From positions 256,001 to 320,000 of the forward strand of contig JBBQFN010000004.1 in assembly GCA_038321985.1 (NCBI GenBank): a DNA stretch of 64,000 nucleotides, in the 5' to 3' direction. Position 1 is the stretch's first letter; the number at the start of each line of letters is the position of its first letter. Of this stretch, positions 50,864-60,601 are shown one piece after another. The position numbers and the translations under genes are program-made. Source of the stretch: Cyanophyceae cyanobacterium (GTDB lineage Bacteria; Cyanobacteriota; Cyanobacteriia; Cyanobacteriales; Laspinemataceae). Below the pieces are notes generated by a model. The model had not been told where the DNA came from. It did not search any database and saw nothing but the letters and a program-made list of their open reading frames with translations.

Positions 50864-51787
50864 TTAAAAGACGCATTTTTCGGGGGGAAAAGGATTGAAG
50901 GATCCTTGTGTTTCTAGGTGATTAATGATAGAATAAGTGGGGTCAGAACGGAGGAGCGATCGCAGTAATTGGAGACGACTACCGCTATGGGTTTCAGTGT
51001 CTAATTCCTGGAATATTTTGATTTGTTGCGGACGGGATAAATCGCCTTTAACTTGGGCGATCGCCTGAACGACTCGTTGGGGTCCTGCTTGTACCATCTG
51101 CAAAAATAAAGTGAGTGTTTCCACGATCGCACTTTGGGATTGGGGAGTGAGGGACTGGCGATCGCACAAGGTGACTCCGGTACTGTGATGTCGCGCTTCA
51201 GCGTCGAGAAATCCTTGAAACATCTGCGCTAATTCGCGATCGCAACAATCTTTAGCCAGACTCCGATAATGGCTGAGTCCCCATCCTTCTAGGACCACCT
51301 GAATCATAAATACCAAGACGCTTTTATCCTGCATCTCCACGATTTCAGCGAGTAACCCTAAAAAGCGATCGCCCGTTGCTACGGGGTCACGACTGCCTAA
51401 AAAGGGACGGATTTGGGCTAAATGGGTGGCTTCATCCGCAGCAAATAAAGCATACAGCATCCGTTCTTCCGTGGTTTCTGCCAGCATGACCATTTTTGCC
51501 ATGTATCCCACTCCCGCTTTTTCTACAAAGTAGGCTTCCTGTAGGAGTGTATTGCTACATTGATGTAAAATTTGCTGCTGTTCTTCTGCGGTAGATTCCT
51601 GAAAAATTTTAACCCGATCTAAGCCAAAATAAGATGAATTCCAATAAGCAGGAGTAATTGCCTCAAAGAGGAATGAAGAATTGCCGATTCTGCTTTTTAA
51701 GGCAGCAGAAAGGAGGCGATGCAATTTATCGCCCTCCCTAACATGAGGTAAGTCAAACCGGGCTGTACTAAATAAAGATTGACTCAT
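50864..51787 (-). CDS. Ferritin-like diiron-carboxylate protein
   Basis: VEK...DEATH...LEGW...AEARH four-helix-bundle ligand set. Confidence 0.8.
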   Translation of the reverse strand: MSQSLFSTARFDLPHVREGDKLHRLLSAALKSRIGNSSFLFEAITPAYWNSSYFGLDRVKIFQESTAEEQQQILHQCSNTLLQEAYFVEKAGVGYMAKMVMLAETTEERMLYALFAADEATHLAQIRPFLGSRDPVATGDRFLGLLAEIVEMQDKSVLVFMIQVVLEGWGLSHYRSLAKDCCDRELAQMFQGFLDAEARHHSTGVTLCDRQSLTPQSQSAIVETLTLFLQMVQAGPQRVVQAIAQVKGDLSRPQQIKIFQELDTETHSGSRLQLLRSLLRSDPTYSIINHLETQGSFNPFPPEKCVF

Positions 51788-51855
51788 CGGTGACTCCGTG
51801 GCAACCGTTCCGTTATGGCATAGTATAGCCTAGGTTTTTCCCGGAGTCATCCCGA

Positions 51856-52917
51856 CTATGACAGATGATCGACTGTCTCCCATGTCTCCCATTTCAGCGG
51901 TTTTTGTGTTTCTACTTGTTCGATAAATTCAATAATTGATTTATCGGCTACGGTGGGCGTTTTTAAATCAAATTTAATAGTTTCAAAAAGTTGGGTATCT
52001 CCTTTGGCAAAATAATTTCCCACCTGCAAGGTTATCCATAGCACAATTTTATTAACCAGCCATCCCCATAAACCAGAGCGTTTTTCAGTAATTACGATAG
52101 TTTCTCCTTCGGCTTTCCCCTCGGCTTTTAAGCGGATACTAAACATGATATGAAAGTGGAAAAAATCTGGCCCTACAGTGACAGTGCCCGTGCTGCCATA
52201 CCAATAACACATTTTGTAGGTAATTTCATTTTTATAAAAAGGGCGAATTAATTTGACAAACCAAGATAAGTTTCCCCCTCGGGTGAGGTTCCGAAAAATA
52301 ATGGCGTTTTCGTTGAAAGTTTCTTTCTCAAATTCCACTTCAACGGGTAGGTTATGAACGGTATTAAAATGATGGGCGTCAATCGCATTAATTAACACAA
52401 CATTGGGATGACAGCTTTTGTGAAACCCTAAACCAAAGGCAGCCTCGCAATCTTTCCCTTCTAGTTCGGGAACAAAGGGGACAGGATGGCGGGGACTATC
52501 GCCGGTCCAAACCCAGACTAACCCATAGTTTTCAGCGGTGGGCCAGGACTGGACTTTTGCAGGAATTGTTCTTTCTAGGGCCGGACTTTCTACACATTGA
52601 CCGCACTCATCATATTTCCAATTATGGAAAAAACAGCGCAATCCTTTCCCCTCAACTTTGCCTTCAGCAAGGTGAGCGCCCATGTGGGGACAGTATGCAT
52701 CTAAGGCGACAACTTTGCCATCGGTTCCGCGATAAATTGCCAGGTTCCGACCTTGTAAAATGATCGGTTTGACCTGACCGATTTTGAGGTCTTTGGACCG
52801 GAGAGCCCAGTACCATCCCTCGATGAATCGTTCGGGATTATTAAAGGTTTTTGCTTGGCGAACGGTTCGCAGGATTTTCGCTAAGTCTGAAAGGGGTTGA
52901 GACTCAAATTGAAGCAC
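51856..52917 (-). CDS. Rieske non-heme iron oxygenase (1st in cluster)
   Basis: CPH...CFFH; NAIDAHHFNTVH; KGD; GTG start with GAAGG RBS. Confidence 0.92.
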   Translation of the reverse strand: MLQFESQPLSDLAKILRTVRQAKTFNNPERFIEGWYWALRSKDLKIGQVKPIILQGRNLAIYRGTDGKVVALDAYCPHMGAHLAEGKVEGKGLRCFFHNWKYDECGQCVESPALERTIPAKVQSWPTAENYGLVWVWTGDSPRHPVPFVPELEGKDCEAAFGLGFHKSCHPNVVLINAIDAHHFNTVHNLPVEVEFEKETFNENAIIFRNLTRGGNLSWFVKLIRPFYKNEITYKMCYWYGSTGTVTVGPDFFHFHIMFSIRLKAEGKAEGETIVITEKRSGLWGWLVNKIVLWITLQVGNYFAKGDTQLFETIKFDLKTPTVADKSIIEFIEQVETQKPLKWETWETVDHLS

Positions 52918-53348
52918 TGGATTTCCTTCCCTTCAGTAGGGGTTTAAAAAAGTTGATCGAGCTTTTATCTCGATTATAACAAACCTCAAAGTCCCTAAAT
53001 GCTTGGAAATTTGAAGCGGTAATTTGCTTATGGACTGATTAAAACAAGTTAAGGGGACTGTTGCGATCGCCGCCGCAGACAGATAATAAACTGGCCCAAA
53101 ACCCAGTCTATTCTCCGATTCTACTGGTGTTATTGTGAATATGCCTAAACGAAAAAGAGCGATAAAAATGAGAGTCTCTATGGTTTGGATCACTAACAAG
53201 TTAAACGGTTCGAGAGTTTGTTCAGAGCCCAGGGCCCAAAGCCAATCCTCCTGTCTAGGTAAATTTTACTTAAGAAAAAATTCCTCATCTCAACCGCTGG
53301 ACTGGAGAGATAGGGGAACAATGGATATCCGCTGTACCGATCACAGGG

Positions 53349-53729
53349 CTAGGTTAGTAAGGGATTGGCATCCATTGTTTTGTTTTTATGATATTCAAAG
53401 CAAAAAATTTCTTCGCGATCGCGCCAAACAACCGATTGAACTTGGGACTCGGAAATGGTAAACCAGCCATTATCCAACAACATAAACATTCCTTGTACAA
53501 ACCGAGGATCGTTCATCGTTGCAGTGTATTGTTGGAACAGGGCGAGCTCTTGGTCCCAGGTCAACCCGGCGCGGTTCACGCGAAAGGCGGGTTCAATATC
53601 CAGCAACTCGCCGGTGTAAGCATCGTAGATTTCCAGGAAATCGTCAGGAGTAAAACCAAAGGTAGGCACTCCCTGGGGCAACAGTTCTTGGAACTCGTGA
53701 TTTGGGACAGTGAGGTAAGCGTAATACAT
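53349..53729 (-). CDS. Hypothetical protein (126 aa)
   Basis: GGAGG RBS 6 nt upstream of ATG 53729; globular-looking composition; no family recognised. Confidence 0.65.
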   Translation of the reverse strand: MYYAYLTVPNHEFQELLPQGVPTFGFTPDDFLEIYDAYTGELLDIEPAFRVNRAGLTWDQELALFQQYTATMNDPRFVQGMFMLLDNGWFTISESQVQSVVWRDREEIFCFEYHKNKTMDANPLLT

Positions 53730-54134
53730 CAGCACCCTCCCAGGTGTACTGTATATGATAGTATCCGCGATCGCCGATACCTTTTATGACCTAGGAGACC
53801 TCAATAAGTCATGAAATTTTGACATTGGGCTCCGGGGACGGCGATCGCTGATGACTTTTTATTACTTTTGCTGACCCAGGAGATCCGGAGAGAAAAAAAT
53901 TTTTTCCAACTCCTCGGGGAGATTTTAAAATAAATTATCTTGGCAATTGTCTATTGTCAATTAGTAATTTCTTATTCATTGTTTTGGGACCTCTTCCATT
54001 CAAGTCTGGTAAATCGGAAGTCCTTCTATTCCTAACCCCTGTGCGCCCTAGGCTGCCTCAGCAACCTGATATAATACAAATTAATAGTTATTAACCCGGA
54101 CTTTCCCTTTTTCTTTATTAAAACTTCAAACTTT

Positions 54135-55532
54135 ATGCAAGAAACTCCTATCAATTTTGAAGAAGCATTCAAAATAGCCGATCAGGTAATTTTTGCCAAG
54201 ACAGGAAAGCATATCACAGATATTGAAATGATGATTTTTAGGGGGGCTTGGCAAGATAAAACTTATGAAGAAATTGCGAAAAATACGGAATATGCAGCTA
54301 ATTATCTGCATCGGATGGTTGGCAAAGACTTCTGGCAGCGATTATCGGATTCTTTAGGGGAGAAAGTTAGTAAAAAAAACTTTAAAACGGCTTTAGAACG
54401 ACAGTGGAAAGCCACTTTAAATGATTCTCCAGCCCGAGAATTAGAAGTTTTTGAAATTCTGGGGTTACCTACCTCAGAAGCGATAAAAGGACCGATTCTA
54501 GACTGTTCAGAAGGAGCAGTTCCTCTCAATTCGCGGTTTTATGTGCAGCGTCCACCGATAGAAACGCGATGTCAAGGGGAGATCGCCCAAGCAGGGGCTT
54601 TAATTCGGATTAAAGCCCCGCAACAAATGGGCAAAACATCCCTGCTGGATCGCATCTTAGAAGTTGCCAGAATTTCCAATTATCGCACAGTTACTTTAAG
54701 TTTTGATTTAGCAGATAGTACAGTTTTTGCCGACCTCCGTACCTTCTTGCAGTGGTTTTGTGCGAGTGTGGGTCAATTAGCGGGATTGCCCAATCAATTA
54801 TCTAGCTATTGGGACGATATTTTTGGTTGTAATAATAATTGTACGGTTTATTTTGAACAGTATATTTTATCGGAATTAGCCACGCCTTTAGTATTAGCTT
54901 TAGATAAAGTTGATGTGGTATTTGAACATCCGGAAATTGCTAACGATTTTTGTCGCTTATTACGCGCTTGGTATGATATTGCCAGACGTAGCGATCGCCG
55001 GGGTGATATTTGGAAACAACTGCGATTAATTGTGGTGCATTCCACGGAAGTTTATAGCGCCCTGGACATCAATCATTCCCCCCTTGCCAATGTTGGGGCA
55101 GTTTTTCCATTACCGGAATTTACAGCGGCACAGGTGCAGGATTTGGCCCAACGCTATGGATTAAATTGGGATTTGGATCGAGAAGTTAGGCATCTCATGG
55201 CTGCGATCGGAGGACATCCCTATTTACTACGAAAATCCTTGGATTTTTTGTGTCGTCAACCGATGAGTTTAGACGAATTTTCTCAGATTGCGGCTACAGA
55301 AGAAGGGCCATTTAGTGACCATCTCCGCCAACATTTATGGAATCTCCAACACCATCCCGAGTTAGCTGCCGCTTTCCGGGATGTGGTTATGGCAAATAAG
55401 CCGGTTAAGATTCCTTCGGAACGAGCTTTTAAGTTATATAGTATGGGATTGGTACGATTGCATGATAATAATGTAACCCCTCGGTTTGAATTGTATCAGC
55501 AGTATTTTTCGGTGCGTCTGGCAGTGACTTAA
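54135..55532 (+). CDS. N-terminal HTH + AAA-like (AAA_35-type) NTPase
   Basis: KTYEEIA...G...WQRLSDSLGEKVSKKNF HTH-like segment; Walker A APQQMGKTS; GGHPYL. Confidence 0.85.
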   Translation: MQETPINFEEAFKIADQVIFAKTGKHITDIEMMIFRGAWQDKTYEEIAKNTEYAANYLHRMVGKDFWQRLSDSLGEKVSKKNFKTALERQWKATLNDSPARELEVFEILGLPTSEAIKGPILDCSEGAVPLNSRFYVQRPPIETRCQGEIAQAGALIRIKAPQQMGKTSLLDRILEVARISNYRTVTLSFDLADSTVFADLRTFLQWFCASVGQLAGLPNQLSSYWDDIFGCNNNCTVYFEQYILSELATPLVLALDKVDVVFEHPEIANDFCRLLRAWYDIARRSDRRGDIWKQLRLIVVHSTEVYSALDINHSPLANVGAVFPLPEFTAAQVQDLAQRYGLNWDLDREVRHLMAAIGGHPYLLRKSLDFLCRQPMSLDEFSQIAATEEGPFSDHLRQHLWNLQHHPELAAAFRDVVMANKPVKIPSERAFKLYSMGLVRLHDNNVTPRFELYQQYFSVRLAVT

Positions 55533-55667
55533 TTATAAGTTGCCCGCACCTTTAAGGGTAGAAGTTCACAGAAAAATCTGGGCAGGTGTGGGCTAATAAA
55601 ATCAGTATATTTCTTTAATTTCTCCAAAGATACAGTTAGAAAAATAAATTATTTATCCTAGATTTTA

Positions 55668-58600
55668 ATGATTGAATTTATTATGAAAGACTCCTATATT
55701 TTCTCTGGCACCTTGCCTGAAAATGCTTCTACTTATGTGATTAGAAAAGCGGACTCTGACCTTTACCAGGGGTTAAAATCGGGACAGTTTTGTTATGTTT
55801 TGAATTCTCGACAAACGGGTAAATCTAGTTTGCGGGTGCAGGTGATGCGCCAGTTAAAAGAAGAAGGGGTTGCCTGTAGTGTGATTGATATTTCTATGGA
55901 CAATATCCAGCAGGGGACCTCGAATCAATGGTATGCGAATATGCTTCGCAGTCTAACCCTGGATTTGCAGCTTGAGGTAAATCTGGGGTCTTGGTGGCGC
56001 GATCGCGACTGGTTATCCCCCTTGGGGCGATTTCGGGAATTTATCGAAACGGTTGTTTTGGTGCAAATCCCGGGAACAATTGTGATTTTTATTGATGAAA
56101 TTGATAGTATCCTGAGTTTAAATTTTCCAACCGATGATTTTTTTGCGTTTATTCGTGCCTGTTACAATCAACGGGCGCATCATCATCCTTACAATCGCCT
56201 AACGTTTTGTTTGTTGGGTGTGGCAACGCCCTCAGATTTAATCGCCGACAAACAGCGAACTCCTTTTAATATTGGACAGGCGATCGCCTTGAATGGGTTT
56301 ACTTTAGCCGAAGCAAACCCGGCTTTAATTCCCGGATTATCTCCCCATTTTGACAATCCGGAAGGGGTTTTACAGGAAATCTTAGACTGGACAGGGGGGC
56401 AACCCTTTTTAACTCAGAAATTATGTAAATTGGTGGTGGATAAAGCCGAAACTTCTTCCCCGGATGTTACGGCTTTAATTCAAACCTACCTTCTGGAAAA
56501 TTGGGAATCTCAGGACGAACCGGACCATTTAAAAACCATCCGCGATCGCCTCCTCAGTGACGAGAACCGTACCCCAAGACGATTAGGGCTATATCAGAAA
56601 ATTTTAGCCGCAAAAAATGAAGGTTATCCCGCCGATAATAGCGCGGAACAAACCCAATTGCGGCTATCGGGGTTAGTCGTCAAACAAAATGGCAACTTAA
56701 GGGTTTTTAACCGGATTTATCAACAGATTTTCGACACCCAATGGATTGAGAACCAGTTGGCCCATTTACGGCCCTATTCCGAGGCGATCGCCGCGTGGTG
56801 GGAGAGTGGCGGTGAAGATTCATCTCGATTATTGCGGGGACAGGCGTTACAGGATGCCCTTACCTGGGCCGCGGATAAAAGTTTAAGCGATCGCGACTAT
56901 CAATTTTTATCCGCTAGCCAAAATAGCGAGAAAAAATCCCTGGAATTAGCAAAACTTGAAACTGAAATTACCTTAGAAGCAGAACGCAAAGGCAAGCAAA
57001 TTTTAGATACCGCTTACCAAAAAGCCCAACGGGTTATTACCCTGGGATTGGTTGGACTCTGTGCCATTTCCCTGGTATCCTTTACTATTATTTCTTGGGC
57101 TAACTCCCAAAAACGAGAAGCAGAAATTGCTGAAATAAAAGCCCTAAACTCAGCCTCTAGAATTCGCAATTCTTCCAACGAAAAACTCGAAGCCTTAGTT
57201 AATGCAATTCGCGCCGGTCGTAAATTACAATCTCATTGGGCCATTCCAGAATTAATGACTCCGGCAGTCGTGAATTTAGAAACCATTCTTGCCAATCTTC
57301 AAGAACAGAATAGTTTAAATCGGCATCGGGGATGGGTTTGGGATATTGCCTGGTCTCCAGATGGTAAAATGATTGCCACTGCTAGCGCCGATGGTACTGC
57401 AATTTTGTGGAGTGCCAGAGGGGAATTATTGCATACCTTAGAACATGGCGATCGCGTTTATGGACTGAGTTTTTCTCCCGACGGACAAACCCTTGCCACC
57501 ACCAGCGCTAACCATACGGTCAAACTGTGGAAAATCGACGGTACACTGCTTCATACCCTCCGTGGACATCAAGCTAGTGTTTTTGCCGTGAGTTTCAGTC
57601 CTAAAAATGGTTTATTTGTGACCGGAAGTAAAGATAAAACTGCCAAATTGTGGCGCATGGAACCGAACTCTCAAACGCCACCGACTCTCGTGCAAACCCT
57701 CACAGGACATACTCAGGATGTGTCTGATGTTAGTTTTTCTCCCGACGGTCAAATTCTCGCCACCGCCAGTTATGACAATCAAGTAAAACTCTGGCAAATT
57801 GACACTAAAGAAAAAGCGGAATTATTAACCACCCTCACCGGACATCAAAACGGCGTTTCTACCGTGAATTTTTCTCCCAATGGTCAAATTTTGGCAACTG
57901 CCAGTGGCGATGGCATGGTGAAACTCTGGACTCGTGAGGGAAAATTGCTCAAATCCTTTCGAGCTCATAATAATGTCGTGACTCGGGTCATTTGGTCCCC
58001 CGATGGCAATCTTTTAGGGACGGCGAGTGAGGACCACAGCGTTAAACTTTGGAGTGTTTTTGATAGTACCTTGCTCAAAACCCTTGACACTCATAGTGCT
58101 GCTGTATGGGATATCGCCTGGTCCCCCGATGGCAAAACTTTAGCTTCAGCCAGTGGGGATAATACGACAATGTTATGGAATCCTGAAATTCGGTTAATCG
58201 AGGTATTTCAGGGACATCGAGATTTGGTGAATACCGTGAGCTTTTCCCCAGATGGGGAGATTTTGGCTTCTGGGAGTCGGGATAATACGGTGCAACTGTG
58301 GCAACAGAACGGTACCTTAGTGCAAACCCTGCGAGGACATCGGGATTGGGTACAGGGAGTGGCATTTTCTCCCGATGGAGAGGCGATCGCCTCCGCGAGT
58401 AAAGATAAAACCCTCAAACTTTGGGACCGAGAGGGGAAAGTTCGGCATACCCTGCGGGGACATTCGGATTTAGTGCAGAGTGTAAATTTTTCTCCAAAAG
58501 GCGATCGCCTTGTTTCTGGCAGTTGGGATGGTACTGTCAAAGTCTGGAGTCAAAATGGCGCTCTTCTGGCGACTTTAAACGGCCATCAAGGACGAGTGTT

Positions 58601-59183
58601 TGAGGTTAAATTCAGTCCCGATGGCAATTTTATTGCCTCAACCAGTGCCGACAAAACTGTAAAATTGTGGCATAGCGATCGCTTTACCTTAGCTGCTACC
58701 TTAGAGGGACATTTCGATGAAGTCAATAGCGTGAGTTTTTCTCCCGATGGCGAGGCGATCGCCACGGCTAGTGATGATAATACCGTTAAAATCTGGACTC
58801 GTACCGGACAACTTGTCACCACCTTAGAGGGACATCAAGATAAAGTGCTTTGGGTCAGTTTTTCCTCAGATGGGAATATTTTGGCTTCTGCCAGCGACGA
58901 TCGCACGGTTAAAATTTGGAGTCGCAAAGGTCGCCTATTAACCACCTTAGAGGGACATCAAAACCGGATTGCCGGGGGTAGTTTTAGTCCAAATAGCCAG
59001 ATTTTAGCCTCCGCCAGTTGGGATCAAACGGTGAAACTGTGGACAATTGCAGACCTTTCTGGGGATACTTTCGACGGTGAGGGCGATCGGGCTAAATTAG
59101 AGAAACTCCTAACCTTAGCCTGCGATCGGTTACATAACTATGTAACCTACACCCTACAATCTTCCCTTTGCCAAGGCGAATAA
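55668..59183 (+). CDS. AAA-like (AAA_35-type) NTPase-TM-WD40 repeat protein
   Basis: SRQTGKSS, FIDEID, TGGQPFLT, one TM helix, 14 WD40 repeats. Confidence 0.92.
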   Translation: MIEFIMKDSYIFSGTLPENASTYVIRKADSDLYQGLKSGQFCYVLNSRQTGKSSLRVQVMRQLKEEGVACSVIDISMDNIQQGTSNQWYANMLRSLTLDLQLEVNLGSWWRDRDWLSPLGRFREFIETVVLVQIPGTIVIFIDEIDSILSLNFPTDDFFAFIRACYNQRAHHHPYNRLTFCLLGVATPSDLIADKQRTPFNIGQAIALNGFTLAEANPALIPGLSPHFDNPEGVLQEILDWTGGQPFLTQKLCKLVVDKAETSSPDVTALIQTYLLENWESQDEPDHLKTIRDRLLSDENRTPRRLGLYQKILAAKNEGYPADNSAEQTQLRLSGLVVKQNGNLRVFNRIYQQIFDTQWIENQLAHLRPYSEAIAAWWESGGEDSSRLLRGQALQDALTWAADKSLSDRDYQFLSASQNSEKKSLELAKLETEITLEAERKGKQILDTAYQKAQRVITLGLVGLCAISLVSFTIISWANSQKREAEIAEIKALNSASRIRNSSNEKLEALVNAIRAGRKLQSHWAIPELMTPAVVNLETILANLQEQNSLNRHRGWVWDIAWSPDGKMIATASADGTAILWSARGELLHTLEHGDRVYGLSFSPDGQTLATTSANHTVKLWKIDGTLLHTLRGHQASVFAVSFSPKNGLFVTGSKDKTAKLWRMEPNSQTPPTLVQTLTGHTQDVSDVSFSPDGQILATASYDNQVKLWQIDTKEKAELLTTLTGHQNGVSTVNFSPNGQILATASGDGMVKLWTREGKLLKSFRAHNNVVTRVIWSPDGNLLGTASEDHSVKLWSVFDSTLLKTLDTHSAAVWDIAWSPDGKTLASASGDNTTMLWNPEIRLIEVFQGHRDLVNTVSFSPDGEILASGSRDNTVQLWQQNGTLVQTLRGHRDWVQGVAFSPDGEAIASASKDKTLKLWDREGKVRHTLRGHSDLVQSVNFSPKGDRLVSGSWDGTVKVWSQNGALLATLNGHQGRVFEVKFSPDGNFIASTSADKTVKLWHSDRFTLAATLEGHFDEVNSVSFSPDGEAIATASDDNTVKIWTRTGQLVTTLEGHQDKVLWVSFSSDGNILASASDDRTVKIWSRKGRLLTTLEGHQNRIAGGSFSPNSQILASASWDQTVKLWTIADLSGDTFDGEGDRAKLEKLLTLACDRLHNYVTYTLQSSLCQGE

Positions 59184-59207
59184 ATTTATCATTCTCTTCC
59201 CTTGTTA

Positions 59208-59228
59208 GTAGTAACGACTTTAGCCGTT
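59208..59228 (+). repeat. GTAG-hairpin REP-like repeat
   Basis: GTAGTAACGACTTTAGCCGTT between convergent genes. Confidence 0.75.
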
Positions 59229-59255
59229 CTTTTCCTAAAATAGGGTAGAATAAAT

Positions 59256-60197
59256 TCATTTTTTATAATGAGGAGCTAACAAGATATCCCAACTTTGAGA
59301 CTTTTGAGTATATTCATACTCACATCCATCCGCCCGTTCTTCTGGTAAGTCCTCATTTTCTACTAAAAACTGATATTTCTCCGGATTGCTGCCATAGACT
59401 AAACAGGCCATATTATAATACCGTTGAATATCGAGAGAATGTTCTCCCCAATAGGCCAACTCTTCTAATTCCGCTTCCTCTTCCGCATCGGCGGCAAATT
59501 GCCAAACTCCCGATAAAGCAGCGGCTTCCCATTCTTCTCCTGACTCTAATAATAAAATTGCTGCAAATTCATCGACCACATCTTCTTCTCTCCCCGTAAT
59601 TGGCAATTCTAACTGGTCTACTAGGGCGTGTCCGAGTTCGTGAAAAAAGGTAAAAAGTGCAGCATTAATCACTTCGGCAATATATTCTTCCTCGGTTTCC
59701 ACCTCTGCCGTGAAGATTTCTTTATATCGTTCGATTAATTCATAACACATCGTGATTTCAACTGTTGACGGGTCGTAATAAGCATTCTCTTCCCCGCATT
59801 CTATGAAATAAACGGGGATATCATTGGGCAAGATTAATACTTCATTAAAGCCGTCGGCTATTCTTTCAAAGGCTTCACTTTCTTGGATAATATCATGAAC
59901 TTCTTGATAAGTTTCATCTTTTACATGGCGATGAAATATTTGAATATCTCCCGTATCTTCAACTTCTTCTGTTTCCGTAGTGTCCTGAATTTTTATAGTC
60001 GAATGAATTGCCCGATCGCCTTCTTTTGGAGAACCCGATCGCGCTTTTACAGTAGAGATTGATGACACTGACACTTGCGAACCTATTGCACTGAATTTTA
60101 TTTCTATATCCGTACAACTGATTAAGATAGGATTGAAAATAACCAGACTAACTAGGGGGAAATAAACACTGCCGAGGCGATCGCGCAAAATATTCAT
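59256..60197 (-). CDS. DUF4344-type metallopeptidase, probable lipoprotein
   Basis: CGEENAYY, HELGH zinc motif, GREEDVVD, C-L-V-Y-G; lipobox LISC. Confidence 0.85.
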   Translation of the reverse strand: MNILRDRLGSVYFPLVSLVIFNPILISCTDIEIKFSAIGSQVSVSSISTVKARSGSPKEGDRAIHSTIKIQDTTETEEVEDTGDIQIFHRHVKDETYQEVHDIIQESEAFERIADGFNEVLILPNDIPVYFIECGEENAYYDPSTVEITMCYELIERYKEIFTAEVETEEEYIAEVINAALFTFFHELGHALVDQLELPITGREEDVVDEFAAILLLESGEEWEAAALSGVWQFAADAEEEAELEELAYWGEHSLDIQRYYNMACLVYGSNPEKYQFLVENEDLPEERADGCEYEYTQKSQSWDILLAPHYKK

Positions 60198-60601
60198 AAA
60201 ATAGCGGCTTAATCGGGATGATAGATTTTAGACGGTCTGCCCCTGAATGGTTGGTATTTACATTTAATTTGCATAAAATATCCCCGAGTCTGCTGGAGAA
60301 TAATAATTTTACTACCTTCAGCCTTCCAAGTGTCTATCGGAATATCCCTTTTATTTTACACTTGCAAATTAAAAGAATAAAACTTAAACTTCCAAATTCA
60401 GGTCATTGTAGGAGAAAAATCTAAAATTGTCAACCCTCGTAGGACTGAAAAAGGAAGCTCAGTAATTTTAGGAACCCCTGCGACGGCTAGGGATGCCCCA
60501 GGAAACCGAACCGAGGGGGGTGGGAGTGGTGCTTATGGCCTAAAAATCGCTACAATCCAAGTAGATCTCCTGTTTTTTGTGAAGGTTCTGCGGCTTGAAT
60601 A

